Origin: Parasitella parasitica NRRL 2501
Lineage: Eukaryota; Fungi; Mucoromycota
Reading direction: 5' to 3'
DNA length: 64,000 nt
Assembly: GCA_025201805.1 (NCBI GenBank)
Contig: MU619254.1
Location: 181,351-245,350 of the forward strand
The position numbers were made by a program, and so were the translations under genes. Of the stretch, positions 27,327 through 39,870 are shown piece by piece; position 1 is the stretch's first letter; each line of letters begins with the position of its first letter. Below the pieces are notes generated by a model that worked only from the letters and a program-made list of their open reading frames with translations, had not been told where the DNA came from and searched no databases.

Positions 27327-28234
27327 CTATGCCTCCTTGGTCTCAACACTCCAAACCAAATATCCAATTGCGACTGTATCCAACATTCTATCTTTGACTA
27401 CAACCTCAGTCTTGATTTCATGCCTTCCCTCCTCTAAATCACTCGGGAGCGTATAATCCGAGCTAGCAGTCAGAAGTCCGCATGCCTTCTTCTTGTACTA
27501 TACAAACAAATTTGTTCAGTAAAAACAAACACCTCAATACAACAAAAAGGCGCTTACCTCCATCTTGATCGACGTCAGAATTGCTTTGTCCTTCTTTTTC
27601 AGATTGCTCAATAGTGCTAACCCGCCTGTTGTTTCAGCAAATGTTGCCAGTGCCGTTGGATGAATTCTACTCATTGGATTAGAATGGCATGTTTGTGTCA
27701 TGTAAATCTCTGCAATTACCCTTTCTGTGTGTTATGTGTGCTATGACGATCCTAAAATAGTATTACATTATCCTTTTCAATTAATAATTTGCCCGTAGAC
27801 ATTAGATACATGTGTCCCACTATACTATACCCGCATAATAGCAGTACAGAACCCACGTGAAAAAGTAGAGACACGCATGTCTACATGACTTTAAAAATAA
27901 ATACATCAATAAACGCTGCAATAGTCTTACCAATAGAACGGGCGTAAGGGTCACTGCTGTTCAAAAGTCGAGCAAACGTCCAAGGTCGAAAAATTTTCAC
28001 TACAGGTTTGCCCAGCTTTTCCCAAATCATTAATGGATGGCGTCCATGTCGCAGGGTCACCAGGATGTAGACGATATAAGCAAGCGTAAAAAACATCAAA
28101 ACTGCTACAAGTCGACTGAAGATTGTCCACTCTAGTTTCAGAGCGACTTGCACCAAGTGAATAGTTGCTTCCAAATGTCCATACAAGGCTGCAATAAGTG
28201 GCGAAGTAGAAGCTTCGGGTAATGGTGATTTCAT
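27327..28234 (-). CDS. Hot-dog-fold thioesterase (PaaI/DUF4442-like) with an N-terminal transmembrane segment, 5 exons
   Basis: Spliced ...PYARSI|DMRVSTFSRG...HNTQKGIHPTALATFAETTGGLA...SIKME|YKKKACGLLTA...; TAG at 27327-27329. Confidence 0.78.
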
Positions 28235-28381
28235 CGTATATCTTTCTGCGGTGAATGCTCCAGGTAATTTTGCCCTGCTGTTGTTGATCTGTTTCTGCAC
28301 GCACAGAAAAGAGAGTGAAAAGGGCGATAGCAACACAATCTCAAAGATGTTATTAAAATACCAAAATCCTTCGGATCCTTA

Positions 28382-28384
<3 letters not shown>

Positions 28385-28414
<30 letters not shown>
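28385..28414. repeat. (AC)15 microsatellite
   Basis: Direct reading. Confidence 0.95.
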
Positions 28415-28416
<2 letters not shown>

Positions 28417-29482
28417 TCGTGGCAGAGACACTCTGAACACGGATCCTGCTCGTTTTTGATGGCAAAAACATTTAGATTCATGCTCGCAATTGCAATAAAT
28501 GTATGTGATTGCGTACACGCCCTCATCGTCAGAATTCTGGAGGAGGGAATTGATAATCTTTGATTTTACGATATGTCATTTCAGATAAATATTTGCATAC
28601 ATCATAATAATAAATTCCCCCCCCCCTTTTTTTTAACGTCTATTAAACTAAGAACACGTTTCATCGTTGCAGCCTTGTAATCATTCATTTCTTTTCCTAG
28701 CCCTGCAGAAATCTGTCAGCTGCTTGCAGTAAGCAATTGATGCGGTATATACATTTAGAGCCGAGTTGCTGTCCCAAAGTGAGAAGTTTTGCGTCGGATC
28801 GAAAAAAAAAAGAAAAAAAACCCTCAAGTCGTATGACAAAGATGTTTCTGCTAATGATCAAGATCAACATTCACAGGAATAAACGCCAATGGCGGTTCCG
28901 TTATTTATATCGTATCGAGGGGGTACATAAACAAGTACAAGCGCCAATCTCATATAATCAAGACGTGGCAGTTAAGCCTCTTTTGCAAAAGTCAAGTTTC
29001 CTGGGGCGAATACCTTGATATTTGTGGTCGTAAACATTTTGCCTTGGGAGTCGACGACGGTAATTAACCTAATTTCAATCAAAACTTTGATTGGCGAGGT
29101 GGTATCTTTTTTGCAAATGGTTATTTGAAATTCGTTTTATGCGCTTTCCACTGTCCGGTTAGTGGTAGCTGGTTTACAAAAATCCGGATCGGGATAAGGA
29201 AGCCTGAGAGACTGGAAGCTCACTCGTACACATGAAAGGAGACGATGGTGCTTGGTAAGTAGATTCTTTCTTTTTCCAAAACCATAGGTGAGTGACTCTA
29301 ACAGTTTAAAGATGTTGTCGTGAGCAGATGGATATAGTCGCTGCGATGACTCTGCGCAATAGATGGATGGAATGCAGCAACTATATCACAAATGCAAATG
29401 AACATCTGTAATATGTCATGGATGAATCTAGACACTCACGATTTTTTTTTTCTTTTTCAAACATGGTAATTAGATATCTACA

Positions 29483-29935
29483 ATGGCTCAACGTCTCACC
29501 TACAGACGCCGCTGTTCTTACAACACTCGCTCTAACCGTGTCAGAGCTGTCAAGACTCCCGGTAAGAAAGAAAGCAATCACAAAATGCATGGAGATATTG
29601 ACATAAAACACAGGTGGAAAGCTCGTCGTTCAATACGAAAAGAAGCCTGTCAAGGCTCCTCGCTGTGGTGACTGTGGCGAGAGCCTCTCTGGTGTAAGTT
29701 GATGCGATGGAGATTTTGAAAGATCAAGATTTTATTGATGTCATGTTTTATACTATATGTGTAGATCAAGGCTCTCCGTCCTCGTGAGTTTGCTACCGTT
29801 TCCAAGACCCAAAAGAACGTTAGCCGTGCCTATGGTGGATCCCGCTGTGCTCACTGCGTCCGCAACCGCATTGTCCGTGCTTTCTTGATTGAAGAGCAAA
29901 AGATTGTCAAAAAGGTTCTCAAGGCCCAAAAATAA
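29483..29935 (+). CDS. RPL34: 60S ribosomal protein eL34, 3 exons
   Basis: [26 protein letters not shown]|GGKLVVQY...PRCGDCG...[34 protein letters not shown]. Confidence 0.98.
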
Positions 29936-30023
29936 ATCGAATAACTTTTTGGATTCATGAGGGGGGGATTTTTTTAAAAGAGATAAAAACATGGCATTTA
30001 TTCTTTTTCTATATGGTACAAGT

Positions 30024-32257
30024 TTATTTCTTTTGACGTTTGCCAGTGTTATTGGATTTTTCTAGGTTAGCTTTGCGCTTCACTGAGGCAACCAAGGATT
30101 CGAGAGATGACTTTGAGGGTTTGTCCACAGACATTGCTGCTGCTGCTGCTGCTGCTTTTGATTTCTTTTCCTTTTTCCATTCATCGTTCACAGTTGCTGT
30201 AGCGTCTTTCATCTTTGATTGCCTAGCGCTCATCAGCTTCTGCATGCTTTTGGTCTTTTTGAACTGAGGGTTGGTGGGGTCAATCGCAAAATGATGCGAC
30301 TCCTGGACAGCAGCAAAACGAGGATCGCTGACGTTGATCTCAAAGTCGTCTTCGCCTAAATCAGCCGCCATCTTCTTGCCCTTTTTGCCCTTCTTCTTTT
30401 CTAATTTCTCTCTTTTAAGGACTTGCTTCATATTGAAACCCTCGCTCTTGCCATCATCGTCCATGAGTAGCTCAAGCTCAGCTCTTTCACGAGCCTTCTC
30501 CTCACGCTCCTGCTTGGAAGCTCTCTTCTTTTTGGCATTCTTTGATTCGTTGGATTTGGCAACAAATCCTTCATCGGCCATTTCCTCCATAGCCTGCTTG
30601 AAGAAGGGATCGTTCTTTGTTTCAGCATCCATGTCCGCTATAGCAAACGAGTTAGTAATTTTTTTTTTTTTTGTATCAAGTCAACACCCTCAACGACTTA
30701 CAATCGCCTTCATCTTGCTCAGATTCGTCTTTCTTGTGTTTGTCTGCCTTTTTGGCTTGTCTTTTTTCCTTTTGCTTGCGCATGTATTTTTCGATAGAAG
30801 TTTCTTCCGCAGGCTCATCTTTGCTCTTTTCGCTGACAAGAGCACCAGCAGCTTCACTCAAACCAGGCGTGAATGAGATTTCCATATCACCATCATCGTC
30901 GCCCTCGTCAACTTTATCTTTGTACGCAGATTGTTCATTCGCACCACCCAATAGCTTTCGGTATTTCTCGCGCAGAGCATCAACGTCTTCATCGTCTTGT
31001 TCATCGTCATCAGAGGAAGCAAGATAAACATCAAAGTCAAGGTCTTTGATATCGTCTTGGGTGAAGTTTCTTCGGGTTATCTGGAAACGGTCCACATCGT
31101 CTTCATCCCAGGTCAAACTTACTTTTGTGCGTTGAAGAGCCTACTTGATGATGAGTGGATGACATGCTAAACATAATGCAGCAAAAACTTACGTCAGTCT
31201 TGAATTTGGTGGGTTGGTAACCTTCAGGGGCAACAGTGGCTGTATCCTTGGGCTGGTCGTCAAATGTCATGTCTTGGGGTATATAACGCAAATCAAAAAA
31301 GTTTGCACTGCTTTCATACTCGGTGTTGTCGCAGGCTCTGTAAATAACTTTGGCGGTTTGAGCAGAATCACACTCGACAACTGCATAGTAGTACTTGAGT
31401 CTGTCCAACTGATATTTACGCAACGCTTCTTGATCGAAATCTTGGCCATCTCCCTCTTCCAGTTGATTCTTAATGACGGTTTCGGCAGTTACCTCCTCGT
31501 CAGACTCGTCATCACTGCCGCTGTTCTTTTTCTTGCTTTTGAAAATGTCCTTGGGAGGGCCTTGAGTTTCTTCTAATGCCAAACGCTCTTTACCAAATTC
31601 AGAGGGGTAGATGGTGACACTCTTGATACTACCAGTATCGGGCTTGAAACCGCCCAGCACTTTTAAAATGTCGACAGCCTTAATCTTGTCCCAATCCATG
31701 TTGACCAAAGCCAAGCGGCTCGTCTCGTCCCCTTCCTCGATATGTTTGATACGGTCCATCTCATCCACTTCACTCTCTGCATCGCTGTCGACCTCACTCT
31801 CATCCGACGAATCCTCATCAGATGAAGTCAGATCACCACGACCACGCATACGGTCGTATCCAGTCTTTCCGTCCGCTTGATCTCTTTCGTCGCTGGACTC
31901 TTCATCGGCCAGATTATCAGGATCTTCAGCCAGCTCCTTTTCCAACTGTTCCAAGCTCTTATCGTGTTGTTCGTCATCCTCGTCATCCTCGTCAGAATCC
32001 TCCAATTGATAGAAGCGCTCCAGCTCTTTCTTGGCATTTCCCTGTTGTAGACGACGACCGTACTTGTCTACTCGGGGACCATCACTGAAATCCTTGGAAT
32101 CCATCATTGATGCAAAACGTTTGTCGATGGTGACCTTCATGTCCTTTTTCTTGGGTCGCAAGAAACGAGGATCATGATGGACACTAGCAAAACGAGGGTC
32201 GTTGGTGATAGGAGTCTTTGGTGCTCTGTTCTTGTTGTTGGATTTATTCGATGCCAT
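30024..32257 (-). CDS. ESF1: Pre-rRNA processing factor ESF1
   Basis: DPRFASVHHDPRF, RLALVNMDWDKIKAVD, VTIYPSEFGKERL, LRKYQLDRLKYYYAVVEC, TWDEDD, NUC153-type DPRF...FAIDPTNPQF. ATG at 32257. Confidence 0.96.
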
Positions 32258-32400
32258 GGTAGTCTTTGAGCAAAAAAGAAGTAGTTGAGCAAATGTCAAA
32301 TGTCAAATTGAATTTTTTTTTCTTTTTTTTTTTTTTTCCTTAGTCTTCTCAAGAAGCCTATGATATACCGTCACTGTCAAGCCACCGTTGCCAAAGACTA

Positions 32401-32414
32401 TACCGTATACGGTA
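32401..32414. promoter_or_regulatory. Perfect 14-bp palindrome TACCGTATACGGTA in the divergent ESF1/ERH promoter region
   Basis: Self-complementary. The same TACGGT(A) half-site occurs three times at 63444-63472. A regulatory role is inferred. Confidence 0.45.
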
Positions 32415-32743
32415 GCATTTGGCATGAATGGCATGGGAACTAATGATGGATGATTTCCCTCCCTAATGACCTCTAAATGTCGAATTAGTAATAGAAATAG
32501 TTTTATAATTTGGCTCGAGATATTTTTGTCTGGAATATGTGGTAAAGTAGATACGTAAAAACCATGTTGAAAGTGTACTACATGATGAAATGGTCCCTAA
32601 CTCTTCCTTAAAACTCAGTGCTTCTGTTTGCTATATGGTGAGTGAAAAGAACAGGACGGTCACTATGGTGCAGAGACTGATCATTTCAACATTCTAAACA
32701 ATTCTTTATTTTTCTTTCCTCATAAAAAGAGTCGTATAAAACG

Positions 32744-33409
32744 ATGGTATTGAATTAAAGACTACTACGTGATGTCGACATGCTAATTCTTTCTAGGATA
32801 ACCACACCATTCTCTTATTGCAAGCGCAATCAGGACAGTCGTAAGATGTTGAAATATCTGCCACGCTGTTTCGTTTGTACAAAATACTAACCAAAAAAAT
32901 TACAACACTGCAGCTCAAGAACTTATTAGTGAGTAGACAAATGTACGTTGCCCGATTCAGACGTCAGGCTAATTTTTGATTGTAGCGATTTCCCATCAGA
33001 AAGCGAAGCTATGGACCGTAAGTAGAGACCATTTAATGCAGCGGAACTAGGATGCTTACCGATGATGGTATTAGACATTGCCGGTCTATATGAGCGTCGG
33101 CTTGCCAAAGAAAACCCTAATGCAGGACAAGTACAATATAGGTTGGTATCGGCGAGCTCAAGAGGATGAAAAAAAAAAAAAAAAACTAGGCCACTAAATC
33201 GCAATGTATAGAGCTGAGGATCTTTTCAGATTCATTGACACATATAAAGAGTTTGTTGCTCTTGTATTCGATGCAAAGAGACTTGTAAGTTTTTCTGCAC
33301 ATGTCCACCGAAACGACAATTAACGTTATAGAGCGAATAGATATACCAACCACGCGATAAAGATTGGATCAAAGACCGTCTGATCACCCATTTCAGCGGG
33401 CAGCAGTGA
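32744..33409 (+). CDS. ERH: Enhancer of rudimentary homolog, 100 aa, 7 coding exons (absent from the ORF track)
   Basis: Exons 32744-32746, 32797-32840, 32914-32928, 32986-33017, 33075-33141, 33212-33284, 33341-33409 total 303 nt. Protein MDNHTILLLQ...SRTYYDFPSESEAMDHIAGLYERRL...ENPN...DLFRFID...LVF...YQPRDKDWIKDRL matches the ERH signature. Confidence 0.93.
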
Positions 33410-33957
33410 ATCAGCAGCCCGTACATTGTAGCAACCAGAATTCACGTCGTAGACGCTATTAGGATGAAAAGACAGAGAGAATACATGTATAGATACATGT
33501 CATATATAAATAAAAAAAAGAAAAAAAAAAAGAAAACAAACATTTAATCATGTACGTTGACCCTGACTTACACAAACTGGTTCGTTCATAAGAAGCGCGT
33601 GCACGAGTTCAATTAAGGCAGCCGCAAAAAAAGAGCAATCTATATTTGTACAATGAGCAGGTACATCTCAGCAACCAGTCCCACCCAAAGGTGCGAGAGA
33701 GAAAGAAAGAAGAGACGAGGAGGAAGGAGGAGGAGGAAGAGGAGGAGGAGGAGGAGGAGGGAGATCCACAAATTTTTAGAAATTTTCGTTATATACCACC
33801 TCTTTTGAATTTCCCTCTTCCACCCCCCTTTTTTTGTTATTCTTTTCATTTTTATTATATTTGAACATCAAAATATACCAAGTAAATCACACACACACAC
33901 AAACATTTTAAAATTGATGGAGCATCTTATTATTTTGATTTGCAATCTAGGGAAAAG

Positions 33958-35036
33958 ATGTCAGTGTACAAACCTGTTGTTAATTTGCCAGGGAAAAAGC
34001 GCAACACGATCAAAGTCAGCGATGGCAGCCCAAAGGAGCTGCTGTTTGATCCCACCGACTGCCTTGTCTCTGATACACTGTATCTGAGCAAACTGCCCGC
34101 TGATATCAGAGAAAGCGATATTCGCACATTGCTGCAACATTGCATGCCCATCGAGTAAGTTGGTTACTAATTTATTTATCAAACTCCTACCCTTCCAATA
34201 ACATGTGTCTCTTCTTATTAAAAAAACAAAAAAAGAATATGTATTGATCGAGAAAAAGACATTGGGCATTTGCGGTTCAGCCAGGCTAAATATGGTACGT
34301 TTATGACCAGAGATACTCGAGCTGGATGTATACTAATTCAAACAAGCCGACAGAGCCTACTCTCTCTACAACGGATTCACGTTTACAAACAATACAAAGT
34401 TAGAGTTACAGATGTATCAGGACAAGCGATTAGATCCCGAGGCTAAAGCCGCATTGCTGGAAATTAACGGCCTGCCCGAGCAGTTTGATGACAACAAATT
34501 GTACGATATATTCCGTCCATTTGGCCCATTGAACCTGTGTAAATGTGTAATGAAGGACGGCGCTTTCAAAGGCACGGCTTTTGTTCAGTTCTTCAATCCG
34601 CACAGCTCGAATGAAGCAGTGGCTCAGATGGTATGTGTGCTATTGGTGAGTTTATTGTCATTCAACCTAACCTTTTCTTGTTTTGTACATCAAGGATGGT
34701 AAGCATAATCTGTAAGTAATTTAATTCCAGGGGATGAAAAAAAAAGGGTTCACCTATTATTATTGTATACACTGTGTTTTATTTCCCAGTAGTGTTTTAA
34801 AGGCTTATTTAAGGAGAATACATATTAACTCTTTTATTATTTTGCTTTTCTTTCTTCCTTCTTTCTCCAGATCTGTTGTCCCTTTTATGCCCTCAAAGTC
34901 GCATGCATCCCAGCAGCAACAACAATATCAAGAAGAGGTAATGTGTTAAAGAGTGTAGAGTGTTGAGCAAATATGCAAATTCCTTATAACACGCCGCTCT
35001 CTCCAGTCTTTAAATAACAACAGCACAGATAACAGC

Positions 35037-35067
<31 letters not shown>

Positions 35068-36656
35068 CTAGTCCTAATTCAGAAGATCCTAATTCAGTAG
35101 ATATCATGAATTTATACATCAAAAACCTTGATCCTCAGGTAATGAACGACGAATTGACTCGAGCCTTCCAGAATTATGGCCGGATCATTTCGGCCAGAGT
35201 CATGACAGATCCCAAAACAGGGCAGTCAAAGGGCTTTGGCTTTGTCAGTTTTGGTACGCCTGAAGAGGCTGCCAAGGCCTTGAAAGGGATGAATGGCTCC
35301 ATACTTCACAAAAGACGGCTTGCAGTTGCCTATCACGAGCCCAAAAAGGGGAGATCAAACACCTATTACCACCAGCATCAGAACGGCTCCCAGCACAACA
35401 ATGGCAATAATAATATGAGTTACTGTAAGCTCCCTAAATCAATCACAACGTACCATGTATAACCTAGTTTTCTACTAGTGCCTAATGGCCTCGGGATCGA
35501 CAATATAGAGGAACTAAGAAGAAAAATGGACATTGACAACCTTTCCATTGGCCAAAAGCCTCCTTCATCGCACACTGCTACTAATACAAAACTTCCACAT
35601 CACCCATTAACTCCATTTTCTTCCTCGCCCACGTCAGCTGCAAGCAACAATATGTCACTAGCCTCTCTTGCACAAGGTTACAGTATCCAGTCACCACCTC
35701 TAATGCAGCAGCAGCAGCAGCAGCAGCAGCAGCCACAACAACAACAGCAGCCACAACAACAACAACAACAACAACAACATCAGCAGCAGCAGCAGTACTC
35801 GGTTAACAACGGGCGACCTACTTTGCGTCGCCGTGGTTCGTTAGAATCTGTAATGACAGAATCTAGTGCCAACAACCAAAGAATCAAATTAGAGGAAGCA
35901 GTTCGCAATTGTGGTGACTACGGCAAAGCGACATCGGATATCGTCGACATGTTGCTGACGCTGAAGCGAAAAGAAAGATCGCTATGCTTGTTTAACCCTG
36001 ATTTTCTCCGTGACAAAGTAAAGTTGGCATTGGAGGCTTTGGAAACATGCAATGAGACCGACAGCGATGAAGATGAAGACGAGGACGAGGACGACGTACA
36101 TGGTTCGGACATCGTGTATGACTCGAGAAATGCTAAAAATCTAGACCTGACTGCACCCCCTCTTCCGTCGTCGTCATCATCATCAGCAGTGCAGCCGTCG
36201 TTTTATCCACACATTCATCGCAATAATATACCATCAAGAGCCATTCCCATCACTTCCCCAACTGCTGCCCAACTAGGAAACGCTGCTTCATCCGCCAAAC
36301 TGGCAGAAAATGCCAAGCTGTCAGGAACAGGAACATCTGTAAACAAAGAGGTCGAATCCATGTTGGCTTCGTTTCAGGGAAAGCCAATCCATGAGCAGAA
36401 GCAGCTGTTGGGCGACAAACTATTCCCACTTGTCAAGGTAAGCTTTATATATATATATATATATATACTTATTCAAGGAACAACATCCCGCTCACAATTC
36501 TGGATATAGTCTACTGGCACCAAGCAAGCACCCAAAGTAACCATTCATCTACTGGATACAGTCAACTTGAATGAATTAGCGCGTATCATGCTTGATACCT
36601 CATTGCTGAAAAAACATGTTGAAGAGGCTTATAGTTTTTTACAACGACAGCCTTAA
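33958..36656 (+). CDS. rrm4: Rrm4-like RNA-binding protein: 3 RRMs plus 2 MLLE/PABC-like domains
   Basis: RRM1 LYLSKLP; RRM2 LYDIFRPFG...KGTAFVQF; RRM3 NLYIKNL...SKGFGFVSF. MLLE-like IVDMLLTL...LFNPDFLRDKV and QKQLLGDKLFPLVK...APKVTIHLLD. TAA at 36654-36656. Confidence 0.85.
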
Positions 36657-38987
36657 AGCTTTAATGAGTCTGTTATAATCTGATTCTGTCGATTATTCAG
36701 TTCAGATTCTTCGTTTTCGTAATAAATTCTAGCTCTTTGTAAACCATAAAAGTACTGCGATGGAATGTGATCCATCAAAAAGAAGGGATACAGCTTCTCG
36801 ATAAAGTAAATGGGGTTGCCAGTGGGGAGATGTCTCTGTGCCCAAGGCTTGTAGATGAAAAACTTTGCCCAATTGGGTAACATGGCCTGCTGCTCCTCGA
36901 TACGCTCTTCCTGCTGCGGCTTCAAAAGCTTCTTGTGAACGACTACCTGATGCTGATTGCTGCTGCTGCTGCTGCTGCTGCTGCCGTTGCCCTTGCCCTT
37001 GCTGCTATCAGTGATGATTTTTAGCTGCATGGGTGGTTGATAGCTGGAGGGGTACGATTTCAATGGCTTGGAGTGCCATTTGTGGGTGATCTGGATAGCA
37101 TGTCCTACATGAGAGTAATTGAAAAAGTCTGATTCCGACATGAAACGACCTTTTTTTTTTTCAGGGAGAGAGAGAGAGATAGGGAGACAGACATGTTATT
37201 AGATCATTGATCGTCATATAGGAGTGTGCTCATATACTCTACCACATGTTTTGCTATCATATCCTGGAGGGAGCCTTGAAAATATATCAGATTTGTTGAT
37301 GATACGGAACAAGGTCGATGCTCGTGTCACAGGCTGGTTTGAGTGAGAAGCAAAGGTCGACGCAAAGTCGCTGTCGCCTACTGCTGGTGTTCCTATCACG
37401 TAGGCGTCGCGGAGCACTAAGCGACGACCGAGATCAGAAGGGCACTTGAGCCATCTTGAAAACAAAAGAGAGCTCAAGGCAGCACCTGCATTAGGCACAT
37501 AAATCAGCCCAAAAAATATCAAAACAATCATGTATGTAATGTACCAAGTGAATGTCCTGTGATCCAAAGTTGCACAGGCTCATGTGTGCCTAGCTGATTT
37601 TGTATTTGCTCGGCCTTGTCCTGAACAGCTGCGAGGATGGCTCCGTAAGGGTCACGCACGTCCTGATCACCAAAACCGCTGGTGCTGAACAGCGACTCGT
37701 AGAACCCTTGGTGGACACATCCAAACAAGTACGAGCGAGCGTCCGTACGCTGAAACGTAGCGTCGACAAGGAACTCTTCATAGTTGGTTGGCGTAGTTCC
37801 CTTGAAGGCTACGAGGATAAAGGGGACAGTCTCGGACCAAAAGATACCACAAAAGGGGCCGCCTAAAGACTTGAGCTCAGAGACGCCTGCAAAGTGCAAG
37901 CCCCAGCTCTCTGCGATCTGGCGGATACGAGACTCAGACTCCCATAGCAGCTCCTTCATTCTGCTTTCAATGATATTTTCTGCCTGCGCTTCCATTGCTG
38001 GATTTTTATGAGTGCCGGCCTTTCTTGACGCGGCGTACAGGTCGTAGGCTTCCTTCACCTTGCGTGCATCGCGTTCGTAAATCAGCGATGACAGCAGCAC
38101 AAAAGTTTGAGCTATAGAGAGATCAAATGTGCGTCGTCTGCAGCCTGAAACGCTAATGGGCGCTGCATGCAACCCCAGAGCGGGCAGCGTCTTTTGCACG
38201 AGTTGAGCAGATGAATCCGACAACAAAAGCTCCGGCGCGCCTGGATATACAACAGCGGTTGTCAATAATGCCTTCCCCCTTTTTTCATGTGTTTGCAAGT
38301 TACAAGTGCGACTTACCCCAATTGATAGCTCCAAATCCCTGGCCGTACTTTAAGCTGATGTATCGAACCACTTCATTGCCTCTCCATGTCTCCATGAACA
38401 ACTTGAGCCCTATTTCAAACAACACGAGAAATGTAACGCTGCTAGGATACACAAAAATCAAGGCTGCAGAACTGATTGGCGCCGTGAAAAGCATAGGCCA
38501 GTTGAAGTAAAACGTCAGGAACAGATTCTTGAAGCCGTTAATCATGTAACCAAGATAAGGCCATGGGCGGCTTCTGCCCGGCTCTGGTACCCCTTGCTGA
38601 CGGAAGCTCTTGAGTATGCTGTGCCCCTGTTTCTTGTCGATAAAGATGGGGATCCCAGAAACGCTCGTCATAGCATGGCCCGAGTCATCTCTTTCTGTCG
38701 TTTTATGGACAGACTTTTTGGATCCGGTGGTAGTTGTGCTGCTGGTGCGACTATGGCCGCTATCTTGGTGATGGTGGTAATGGTGGTGGTGGTGGCTATG
38801 ATTGGGATCTTCCTTAGCGTACAACGGTTGCTTTACGTTGGTGACTTTGGCGGTAGTGTCAGAAGAATTGCTACTGGCATCAAGTGACCTGGATCCTTTC
38901 ACTGCATGGCATGGTTTGAATGATCAGTTTGCAATTTACAGTACCCATTGACTTACTGTGATGAAGACTATGCGAATGCGCTGACAT
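36653..38987 (-). CDS. Class 3 lipase with an N-terminal hydrophobic region, multi-exon
   Basis: ILVAFKGT, VHQGFY, LWITGHSL-G|AAL nucleophile elbow, YVIGTPAVG, RIINKSDIFSRLP, YSHVG, MDH. ATG at 38987 in a short first exon. Confidence 0.92.
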
Positions 38988-39023
38988 GTACTATTTTTAC
39001 TGTGATAAAAAAAAACCAAGGAA

Positions 39024-39031
39024 TAGAGAGA

Positions 39032-39065
<34 letters not shown>
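39024..39065. repeat. (AG)n microsatellite upstream of the lipase gene
   Basis: Direct reading; imperfect. Confidence 0.9.
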
Positions 39066-39651
39066 AAGAGGTAGAAAAAATACTTGTGTGCTACTATCAC
39101 ATACAACTGTTAATGTGGGCGTTTTATTGTTTGGCCGTTCTCGTTTTCATTTTGAAAATCTTGTTTCATCTTGTCATTAATAATGCTGCCCTGCACCAGG
39201 AACATTGTGTTGGATAAACAAAATCATATGCCAACACGAAATACATAGGCTAGCCCGGACGAAATTTGTATTTAGGCAAATTTAAACATGAAACGCCATG
39301 TATCCTTTTCTTCTTCTTTTTGTGTTTACACGCTTATGGTCGAAATGATTGTCCATATCACAGCCTTACATGATCTTCAAAATACATTTCAAGTTTGGCA
39401 TTCAAACAGCAAATTGTTAGCATCTGTGATTTGAAGTGTTTGCTTCAACCCAATACGGAAGCAGGGCAATGCTATCAAGGATTGCAGCTTTGTATATTTG
39501 GGAAAAAAAAAGTTCATTGACAAATACTACAAAGTGCCGGAATCTCTATGGCTCCATCCATTGCTGCTGCAGCTACTATAGATACATTTTGTTTGCAAGG
39601 ATTGCAAATTCTTTAATACGTTTTTTACTTTTTTTTTTTTTTTTTTTTTTT

Positions 39652-39851
39652 NNNNNNNNNNNNNNNNNNNNNNNNNNNNNNNNNNNNNNNNNNNNNNNNN
39701 NNNNNNNNNNNNNNNNNNNNNNNNNNNNNNNNNNNNNNNNNNNNNNNNNNNNNNNNNNNNNNNNNNNNNNNNNNNNNNNNNNNNNNNNNNNNNNNNNNNN
39801 NNNNNNNNNNNNNNNNNNNNNNNNNNNNNNNNNNNNNNNNNNNNNNNNNNN
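39652..39851. other. Assembly gap (N run)
   Basis: N characters. Confidence 1.
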
Positions 39852-39870
39852 TTCTCTTCAACTTGCAGCC

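Noticed and set aside
28700-29400. Possible spliced ncRNA/snoRNA host or small exon upstream of RPL34
   Set aside because: Splice-like signals are present, but no convincing C/D or H/ACA box pair and no recognisable peptide
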